This document shows positions 16,221-23,207 of a DNA stretch of 64,000 nucleotides, in pieces. The position numbers and the translations under genes are program-made. Each line of letters begins with the position of its first letter. Positions within the stretch are counted from its first letter, which is position 1. The DNA comes from a virus (Duplodnaviria; Caudoviricetes). The notes below the pieces were generated by a model. It saw only the letters and a program-made list of their open reading frames with translations. It was not told the DNA's origin and ran no database searches. The stretch is taken from positions 3,502 to 67,501 of IMG/VR virus record IMGVR_UViG_3300037790_000129. One strand, given 5' to 3'.

Positions 16221-16661
16221 ATGAAAATACTAGCATTAGATCCGGCAACAGTAACCGGTTTTTGTACCTCAACAACTTCCGGAGTTTGGAATTTAAAAAC
16301 AAAAAGCTACGAAAGTAAAGGTATGCGCTTGATTAAAATGCGCTCATCAATAGATGAAATTTGTAAAGCCGAAGGGATCACTTTTATTGTTTACGAAAAA
16401 CCAGGAGGAAGAAACTACAACGCTTTAAAATCTCACTCTAATTTTGAAGGTATTATTCAGGCTTATGCTTTGGATAACGGAATAGAGTACAAAGGTTATT
16501 CAGCTTCAGAAATTAAAAAGTTTGCAACCGGAAAAGGAAACGCTAACAAGCAAGCAATGATTGATGCTTGCATAAAAACATACGGATTTACACCCGAAGA
16601 TGATAACCAAGCAGATGCGGTTCATTTATACAACTTAGCAAAATCAGAATTCAAAATTTAA
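16221..16661 (+). CDS. RuvC-like Holliday junction resolvase
   Basis: ILALDP, IVYEKP, SEIKKFATGKGNANK, DDNQADA acidic catalytic residues. Confidence 0.85.
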   Translation: MKILALDPATVTGFCTSTTSGVWNLKTKSYESKGMRLIKMRSSIDEICKAEGITFIVYEKPGGRNYNALKSHSNFEGIIQAYALDNGIEYKGYSASEIKKFATGKGNANKQAMIDACIKTYGFTPEDDNQADAVHLYNLAKSEFKI

Positions 16662-16664
16662 CCA

Positions 16665-16946
16665 ATGACAGAATTAAAAAAATTTGAAGCCGTAGGGCCA
16701 TACATTTTAGTAAAGCTAGACGAAAAGCAGATTAAGAATACGGCAGGATTAAATATGCCTAACAGAGAAGTGTTAACCGGCGAAGTGATTTCGGTTGGAA
16801 ACGGAAGTCCGGGATGGCCAGAAATGAAGTGTAAAGTTGGCCAACGAATAAAATGGCACCGACATTCAGGAGAGCGATTAAAAGTTGACGGAGTAGAGTG
16901 TATTATTCTGAACGAAGAGAAACGCGAAATTCAAGGAATAATTTAA
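16665..16946 (+). CDS. groES: Co-chaperonin GroES (Cpn10), phage-encoded and divergent
   Basis: ILVK...mobile loop...GEVISVGNG...KVGQRI...G..LKVDGVECIILNE. Confidence 0.85.
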   Translation: MTELKKFEAVGPYILVKLDEKQIKNTAGLNMPNREVLTGEVISVGNGSPGWPEMKCKVGQRIKWHRHSGERLKVDGVECIILNEEKREIQGII

Positions 16947-16966
16947 CCAATATAAATTCGAATAAA

Positions 16967-17419
16967 ATGAAAATCAAGTACAATTTAGAGCCTTTAAAAA
17001 ATAAGGAGAACTTAAACATTTTTACGCGATACATTAATGGCTTCTCAAAAGAAGAAGAAGTTATTGAGCTTATCGATCAAATTAAGGTAGTTGAAGAAGA
17101 TACCGATCTTACAGAGGAGCCAGATCAACCTCAGAAACAAAAGCCAAATCCCCAAGAAGAATCTAAATCAGATTCTGAAATTGAAATTGATCAATCGGTA
17201 AATCCTTTAGAAGAAAAGGAGGAAACCGACAATGATAAGGTTGACGGATTGGAGTGCACAGCAGAAGAATTGGAAGAGGAATTTGAAAAAGCTATTTCAG
17301 GTCAAAAAGCAGACCTCATCGCCTTTGCAGAAAAGTACGGTATTGATTTAGAAAATGCCACCAAAAATGAGCAAAGAAAACTTGCTATAACCGAGTGGTA
17401 CAACGACAAGATTAATTAA
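16967..17419 (+). CDS. Acidic protein with a C-terminal HeH/Rho-N-like helical module
   Basis: Likely start MKIKYN at 16967; D/E-rich middle; KADLIAFAEKYGIDL...K...I. Confidence 0.55.
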   Translation: MKIKYNLEPLKNKENLNIFTRYINGFSKEEEVIELIDQIKVVEEDTDLTEEPDQPQKQKPNPQEESKSDSEIEIDQSVNPLEEKEETDNDKVDGLECTAEELEEEFEKAISGQKADLIAFAEKYGIDLENATKNEQRKLAITEWYNDKIN

Positions 17420-17426
17420 AAAAAAC

Positions 17427-17448
17427 AAGGGTAGCTAAGGCTACCCTT
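17427..17448 (+). other. GC-rich hairpin upstream of groEL (weak terminator or stabiliser)
   Basis: AAGGGTAGC-taag-GCTACCCTT; U-tail short. Confidence 0.5.
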
Positions 17449-17468
17449 TAAACAACTTTATAAGATAT

Positions 17469-19082
17469 ATGTTACAAGACAAGATTAAGAATATTCACAC
17501 TAACGAAGAGTTGCGAAAAGCAATGCGCGAAGGAGTGAAAGAAGTGGCCGATATTGTAAAATCAACACTTGGCCCAAGAGGTAGAAATGTAAGTTTACCA
17601 TTCCCGGGAGGTAGATCGCTTATTACAAAAGATGGAGTTTCAGTTGCGATGCAAGTAAGGCTTAAAGACCCGTTGAAAAATATGTGGGCCTTAAAAACCA
17701 TAGAGGTTGCAAGCAAAACAAACGAAGATGCTGGTGATGGAACCACTACGGCAACTGTTTTGGCACAGGCAATTATAGAAGAAGGATTAAAAAACGTAAC
17801 GGCCGGAGCCAATCCTATGGATCTTAAAAAAGGAATAGACAAAGCCGTTGAAACCATTACTAAACAACTAGAAACAATCGCGCTTCCGGTAAAACAGGAT
17901 AGCAAGCAGATTACACAAGTAGCCACCATTAGTGCCAATGGGGATAAACAACTAGGAAGTTTAATTGGGGAAGCTTTTTCTAAAATTGGGCCGGAAGGCC
18001 ACATTGAAGTAAAACATTCTAAAAACGGTAAAACATACCTAGACTTTATAGAAGGTTATGAAATTGAATCCGGATATATCTCTCCGCTATTCATTAATAA
18101 CTTTAAGAAAAGATCTGTGGAATTTTCTAACCCGTTGATTTATGTTGCTGCAGAAAAACTCAAAAAATATGAGGACATTCAAGCGGTTGTAGAGTTTGCT
18201 TTAGAAAATAAGCGCCCGTTGGTTTTTATTGCTAATGACGTAGAGAATGAAGCCTTATCTTTACTTTTAAATAACGCTAACTACCAACGTAAACCAGAAG
18301 AGCGTTTGCCCTTTGTTGCTATTCAGGCTCCATCACACGGCAAGGAACAAGCAGAGTATTTACAAGATATTGCAATGGCCACAGGAGCATCAGTTGTAAG
18401 TAAAGACCTTGGACTAGCCATAGATCAAGTGAACGAATCTCACTTAGGTACTTCAGATAAAATTATTATTCAGGAGCGTAAAACAAATATCATAAAAGGA
18501 GATAGCGATAAAAAGTCTATCGAAAACAAGATAGAAGAATTGCGCGAGAACCTGAAAGAAGAAAAAGACGAAACGCTTCAGCGAAAGCTAAAAAATAGAA
18601 TTTCTAAACTTAACGGACTTTCGGCCGAATTGAATATTGGTGTTTATTCAGAAACCGAGTATTATGAAATTCGCGATCGTATTGAAGATGCTGTGAAAGC
18701 TACTCGCGCGGCTAGTGAAGAAGGAGTGGTTCCAGGCGGAGGTGTAGCTTTAGTTAGAGCAATGAAAGCGCTTAAAAAGTTAAAGGTAGAAAACCAAGAC
18801 CAGAAAACAGGAGTGGCGATTATTCAAAAAGCTATTGAAGCCCCGATTCGTCAAATAGTAAAAAATGGCAACGGAAAACCAGACGTGGTAATTGATAAAT
18901 TACTTCGCGCAAGAAAATGGAGCCAAGGCTATGATTTACGAAACGACAAGTTTGTAGATATGATGGAAGCCGGGATAATAGATCCTAAAAAAGTAACGCG
19001 TGTAGCTTTACAGAATGCTGCAAGTGTTGCCGGTTTAATGCTTACAACAGAAGGAGCTTTAACCTTTGCAGAAGAAGAGTAG
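17469..19082 (+). CDS. groEL: Chaperonin GroEL (Cpn60), phage-encoded
   Basis: TLGPRGRNV, ITKDGVSVA, AGDGTTTATVLA, RIEDAVKATRAA, VVPGGGVAL and GIIDPKKVTRVALQNAAS motifs. Confidence 0.96.
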   Translation: MLQDKIKNIHTNEELRKAMREGVKEVADIVKSTLGPRGRNVSLPFPGGRSLITKDGVSVAMQVRLKDPLKNMWALKTIEVASKTNEDAGDGTTTATVLAQAIIEEGLKNVTAGANPMDLKKGIDKAVETITKQLETIALPVKQDSKQITQVATISANGDKQLGSLIGEAFSKIGPEGHIEVKHSKNGKTYLDFIEGYEIESGYISPLFINNFKKRSVEFSNPLIYVAAEKLKKYEDIQAVVEFALENKRPLVFIANDVENEALSLLLNNANYQRKPEERLPFVAIQAPSHGKEQAEYLQDIAMATGASVVSKDLGLAIDQVNESHLGTSDKIIIQERKTNIIKGDSDKKSIENKIEELRENLKEEKDETLQRKLKNRISKLNGLSAELNIGVYSETEYYEIRDRIEDAVKATRAASEEGVVPGGGVALVRAMKALKKLKVENQDQKTGVAIIQKAIEAPIRQIVKNGNGKPDVVIDKLLRARKWSQGYDLRNDKFVDMMEAGIIDPKKVTRVALQNAASVAGLMLTTEGALTFAEEE

Positions 19083-19083
19083 T

Positions 19084-19902
19084 ATGAAATATTTTTTAGA
19101 TACGGAATTTATTGAAGGACCTCAACAAAAGAGGTTCTTCGGTATTCCATTTGGAGAAACAAAACCCACCATCGATTTAATTTCAATAGGTGTCGTGTCT
19201 GAAGATGAACGAGAATATTACGCAGTTTCTAAGGACTTCAATTTAAAAGAAGCTTGGAATAGGTATCAGCTAAAACAAGTAAGTGGTGATGCAAGAAACC
19301 GCTATCCGGATGGAATAAAACAATATTGGATTCGCGAAAATGTATTGGAACCAATATTCAATGAGTTATATAATATCTACTTAGAAGAAGTTAAGTCTTA
19401 CAGGAAACAAGGAGATATAGATACTTATTTCGTAAATATTGAATATAAGTTTACTTACTCTAATTTCAAAAAGCTTTTAAATAAATACGGTAAAACCAAT
19501 AAACAAATTGCTAAAGAAATTTATCATTTCATCAATCCCGAAATTTTAATGCCTAATTTTTCAAAATCTAAAGGATGGAAAAATGATAAAAACCCTGAAT
19601 TCTACGCTTACTATGCAGACTATGATTGGGTGGTGTTTTGTTGGTTGTTTGGATTAATGAACGACTTACCTAAAAGTTTTCCAATGTACTGCCGTGATTT
19701 AAAACAGATGCTTGATGATGCTGTAGAAAACGAGATTAAAAAACAATGTTTCAACAGCGGCAATCATACTATTTTAAGTTATGATGATGCTTTAAAATCT
19801 ATTAAAAAGGATTTTAACTACCCAAAACAACAAAACGAGCATAACGCATTAGAAGATGCTCGTTGGAATAAAAAATTGTATAACTTTTTAAATAAACTGT
19901 AA
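19084..19902 (+). CDS. DEDDh 3'-5' exo(ribo)nuclease, Rv2179c/RNase AS-like
   Basis: YFLDTEF, DLISIG, YADYDWV, PMYCRDLKQ and HNALEDARW motifs; start at 19084. Confidence 0.85.
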   Translation: MKYFLDTEFIEGPQQKRFFGIPFGETKPTIDLISIGVVSEDEREYYAVSKDFNLKEAWNRYQLKQVSGDARNRYPDGIKQYWIRENVLEPIFNELYNIYLEEVKSYRKQGDIDTYFVNIEYKFTYSNFKKLLNKYGKTNKQIAKEIYHFINPEILMPNFSKSKGWKNDKNPEFYAYYADYDWVVFCWLFGLMNDLPKSFPMYCRDLKQMLDDAVENEIKKQCFNSGNHTILSYDDALKSIKKDFNYPKQQNEHNALEDARWNKKLYNFLNKL

Positions 19903-20213
19903 TGAAAGTAATAACCCCAGGACACAAATATCTTTTAGAAGGATTTGAAACAGAAAAAGGAAATCAAGAAATCCAATTTATCGAAAAAGCTCCAATTTCA
20001 GAAGGAAGCACAGAATTAGCAACCTTGAATGACGGAACTACCAATGAAGAGCTTCTTGAAGTTTTAATTAACCGAATGAATCATCTTCAAAGTAAATTCC
20101 CTTGTCGCGAAAATGCAATTGTTATAACTAAATTGGAGGAATCTTTAATGTGGTTAGAAAAAAGAACAAAAGACCGCAAAAAAAGAGGTGTAGAAGGCAA
20201 ACAGGAGAAGTGA
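19902..20213 (+). CDS. Tad1-like immune-signal sponge (Tad1 helical-hairpin family)
   Basis: GTTNEELLEVLINRMNHLQ..FPCRENAIVITKLEESLMWLEKRTKDRKKRGVEG matches the recalled Tad1 pattern G..D.DLLEIV.DRL..FQ.GPF..REN..A.TH.EEALMW...R..DR..R.V.G. Confidence 0.78.
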   Translation: MKVITPGHKYLLEGFETEKGNQEIQFIEKAPISEGSTELATLNDGTTNEELLEVLINRMNHLQSKFPCRENAIVITKLEESLMWLEKRTKDRKKRGVEGKQEK

Positions 20214-20302
20214 TAAATAAAATTATTCAAAAATTCAACTACAACTACGGTTGCTACGATAGCATTTGGTGTTATAAAATCGAACAACATAATTTATAAG
20301 TA

Positions 20303-20611
20303 ATGGCAAAGTTTAGAAAAAAACCGATCGTAATTGAAGCTTTTCAATTCACTAAAACTTGTTATACTCCAGATTGGTTTATAAAAGAATTAAAAGCCGG
20401 TAGAGCTTGGTTTCAAGATGGAAATGAACCTTATTACACCATAGAAACCTTAGAAGGAGAAATGAAAGCTAATCTTGGAGATTATATCATAAAAGGAATT
20501 AAAGGAGAATGCTACCCTTGTAAACCCGAAATTTTCAAAGCTACTTACGAGCCTATTTATATAGCAGGAATAGATCCTTACGAAAAAACAAAAAACAATG
20601 GCCCCACCTAA
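20303..20611 (+). CDS. Widespread small phage protein (KFRKKP...TLEG...GDYII.G..GE.YPCKP.IF..TY; PGDYG-like)
   Basis: Conserved family pattern; function not established from sequence. Confidence 0.7.
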   Translation: MAKFRKKPIVIEAFQFTKTCYTPDWFIKELKAGRAWFQDGNEPYYTIETLEGEMKANLGDYIIKGIKGECYPCKPEIFKATYEPIYIAGIDPYEKTKNNGPT

Positions 20612-20879
20612 AAAAAAGAAAGGAGCGCTTAGTAAAAGCGCTAAATATTACAGAGATAATCCGGAAGCTCGCAAAAAGAAAGCAGAAACCGATAAGAGGA
20701 TAAATGCCCGTCCAGAGCAAAAAAAGAAGCGTAGAGAATCGGGTAAAAAAAGATACGAAGCCAAGAAAAAAGGCCAGAATATAAAAGGGAAAGACTACGA
20801 TCATCATTCTAATCGTTTTATTTCATCTTATAATAATCGCGCACGCAAAGGTGAAGGCGGTAGAAAAAAGAAAGAATAA
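20598..20879 (+). CDS. Very basic protein with degenerate HNH-like tail
   Basis: K/R-rich; GKDYDHH...NNR. Confidence 0.55.
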   Translation: MAPPKKKKGALSKSAKYYRDNPEARKKKAETDKRINARPEQKKKRRESGKKRYEAKKKGQNIKGKDYDHHSNRFISSYNNRARKGEGGRKKKE

Positions 20880-20885
20880 CCAATT

Positions 20886-21116
20886 ATGAAAACATATCCA
20901 TTTAGTAAAGATTCGAAAGAAAATAAATTTCCAAAAAGCGGTAGGTCTGTTATAATTAAAGAAGTTTTAAAAAACGAAAATTCTCATAAACAGATTCTAA
21001 TTGAATTTGATCTTGATGTAATTAAAGAATACTTCCCTGAAGCTGATGATAGAGAAAGTCAATTAGCAATTATTGAGTGTATTTTACCTTCAATTGTAAT
21101 GATAGATAAAAAATAA
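20886..21116 (+). CDS. Hypothetical protein
   Basis: 76-aa ORF. Confidence 0.5.
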   Translation: MKTYPFSKDSKENKFPKSGRSVIIKEVLKNENSHKQILIEFDLDVIKEYFPEADDRESQLAIIECILPSIVMIDKK

Positions 21117-21134
21117 AAAAGAGATTAAAAGTGC

Positions 21135-21653
21135 TTGGAATCAAAGAAAAAAATATTACGTTACATTGTTGGGATAGACCAAAAGAAAAGCACCCCAGAA
21201 ATAAAATACCCGAAATGGCGCAATGAAAAAGTAGAAACGGCCAACGTAAAATGCTATTCCAACAGCATAAGTATTCTAGTTAAATTATCCCCGGCAGCAA
21301 GAACTTTGTTAGATTTTATTGTGCAAGAAATGGACCGGTGGAACTTCATTGCGAACGATAAGCTTTTAAAGTACCATTTTAATAAAATACTCAAAGCTGC
21401 AAAATTACCCGAATACAAAGATGGCACAATCAATAAGGGTTTTCTTGAGTTAACTCAACAAGATATTCTCATTAAAAAAGAAAGTTATGGCCGTGGCGTA
21501 TATCGTGTTAATCCTAAATACTTTGGTAAAATTCCAGAAAATCAGCGATTAGATTTAATGCGATCAATGCGAGAACAACCGTTTAAAGACCAGAATAATA
21601 TGATAAGGCGAGAAGCTTTTAAAAAAGGATCAGTAAAAAAAAAGGAAGATTAA
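21135..21653 (+). CDS. RepL-like winged-HTH protein
   Basis: LSPAARTLLDFI...TINKGFLEL...LIKK...GRGVYRVNPKYF; TTG start. Confidence 0.6.
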   Translation: MESKKKILRYIVGIDQKKSTPEIKYPKWRNEKVETANVKCYSNSISILVKLSPAARTLLDFIVQEMDRWNFIANDKLLKYHFNKILKAAKLPEYKDGTINKGFLELTQQDILIKKESYGRGVYRVNPKYFGKIPENQRLDLMRSMREQPFKDQNNMIRREAFKKGSVKKKED

Positions 21654-22420
21654 CGCTTCCTTTTTTCAATTTCTTTTTTCTTTTTGTCTAGCCTTTGCTG
21701 AAACTTTATTTTTTCAAAAATATCGCTAAATCGCTCTTTAGCTTCATCGCTATTACCCTTTACGCGTTTTTGTATGCGCGCATCTAATTTAATATGAGCA
21801 TCTGTTTTAGTTTCATCCCCTCTAATTATCTGATTCATTTGGCAAATCGCTTTAGCTTTCATTTGATCAATAGGAGCAACATCTACTCTAAATAAAGGAT
21901 TGTTCTTAGCCTCTTCAGGAATTGTCTTTTGTAAATGAAGGTGATCATAAAAAGCCGCCACAATACGCTTAGCATATTTACTCAATCTATAACATTGCTT
22001 GTCAGAATTAAGTGCAATGTTATCAAATATAGGCTCGCATAAGCCTTTTCTAAATAAGGTTTTGACTGTTCGCGTAGAAAAGGTATGAGGAAAAGTGCTG
22101 TAGTCTTTTTTAGACCAAAATTGCACCGGATATAAATACAGAAGTAATTCTAGCTCTCTAAACACTAAGTTGTGCTTACGCTGAATATAGTGCCTTACAA
22201 CTCCCATATATTGCATACAAGCAAAATCTAAACTTGTTTTTAAAGCTATTGTTTCTTTTTTCTTTTTATCTCTTTTACTTCTAAACCTCACGTGTCTATA
22301 TTTATTGTTAGTGTAATGGTTTATATGAAAACCTGCTTTTCTTAATAACCTTCTAGTATCTGTACTTACCCTGCTATCCTCGGCCCGAGGGGTTAAAGGC
22401 TTCATTCCTTCATAAAACAT
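21650..22420 (-). CDS. Winged-HTH putative transcription regulator on the opposite strand
   Basis: Y..VVRHYIQRKHNL...ELELLLYLY...L..KGL......YRLSKYAKRIV..FY (MarR-like wHTH); divergent from the late promoter. Confidence 0.6.
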   Translation of the reverse strand: MFYEGMKPLTPRAEDSRVSTDTRRLLRKAGFHINHYTNNKYRHVRFRSKRDKKKKETIALKTSLDFACMQYMGVVRHYIQRKHNLVFRELELLLYLYPVQFWSKKDYSTFPHTFSTRTVKTLFRKGLCEPIFDNIALNSDKQCYRLSKYAKRIVAAFYDHLHLQKTIPEEAKNNPLFRVDVAPIDQMKAKAICQMNQIIRGDETKTDAHIKLDARIQKRVKGNSDEAKERFSDIFEKIKFQQRLDKKKKEIEKRKR

Positions 22421-22457
22421 ACTATTTATTTATAATTGCATCAAGATTGCATTTTAC

Positions 22458-22488
22458 TTGCAATATATAAATTATATTTATACCTTCG
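22458..22488 (+). promoter_or_regulatory. Late (lysis/structural) promoter
   Basis: TTG-N20-TACCTTCG, 22 nt upstream of ATG 22511. Confidence 0.6.
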
Positions 22489-22510
22489 TTATTGTTTATC
22501 GTATAAATCT

Positions 22511-22855
22511 ATGAAGAGTATTATCGCTACTTATTTGCTTCTTTTTTCTGTAGGACTTTTTGTTGGCTATATGCTTTTTAATTGCGATGATACAATTGTT
22601 AATGAAAAATATCTTGAGGAATTAAAGCAGAATATTAAGGAAAAAGATTTAAAAATCGACAGTCTTAAAAATGCAATTTTAATTACAAAAAATGCAATTT
22701 CAGTAATTGAAGATGAAGAAAGAGAAGCAGAAGAGAAATTAAAAAATTTTAAGCAAACTAAAGATGAAAAGAAAAAAATGCTTGATGGTATTAATGATAC
22801 TGTTTATAACAAGCAGCTTCTCGATTCACTCGCAAACAACGTACAGTTTCGATAA
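22511..22855 (+). CDS. Putative spanin-like protein (N-terminal TM plus coiled coil)
   Basis: MKSIIATYLLLFSVGLFVGYML followed by heptads; overlaps the next ORF out of frame. Confidence 0.5.
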   Translation: MKSIIATYLLLFSVGLFVGYMLFNCDDTIVNEKYLEELKQNIKEKDLKIDSLKNAILITKNAISVIEDEEREAEEKLKNFKQTKDEKKKMLDGINDTVYNKQLLDSLANNVQFR

Positions 22856-23207
22856 TCAAGGTAGGTTTGTTAGCTATGAAAAACTCAATGAATTTGCAAA
22901 ATATGTTGCGTTTAAAAGCTATGCCGATTCATTAATTACTGATTATAAAAAAGAACTAAACCAAGCATACACACTCTTAGGAATTAAAGATAGAAAGATT
23001 AATGAGTTAGAATATGGATTGATTCCGCAGTTAAACTTAGAAATAGAACTATTAGAATCTCAACGCAAAGATGATAAAATACTAAGCAATAAAATACAAG
23101 AAAAGCACAAAGGGGAAATCATAAGCTTAAAAAAATCGGTATTCAAGTGGTCGGGCATAACAACACTTTTTGGAATAATAATAGGAATACTCATTAGTAA
23201 TGGCTAG
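22764..23207 (+). CDS. Putative second spanin-like protein (signal peptide, coiled coil, C-terminal TM)
   Basis: MKRKKCLMVLMILFITSSFSIHSQ...WSGITTLFGIIIGILIS. Confidence 0.5.
   Translation: MKRKKCLMVLMILFITSSFSIHSQTTYSFDNQGRFVSYEKLNEFAKYVAFKSYADSLITDYKKELNQAYTLLGIKDRKINELEYGLIPQLNLEIELLESQRKDDKILSNKIQEKHKGEIISLKKSVFKWSGITTLFGIIIGILISNG

Noticed and set aside
16640-17468. CIRCE heat-shock operator upstream of groES or groEL
   Set aside because: No TTAGCACTC-N9-GAGTGCTAA found; only a plain hairpin at 17427-17448.
17495-18004. Long antisense ORFs (also 48105-48797, 34082-34450, 10643-11023, 36686-36982 and similar)
   Set aside because: Shadow frames of real genes, with typical S/F/L-rich translations and no promoters.
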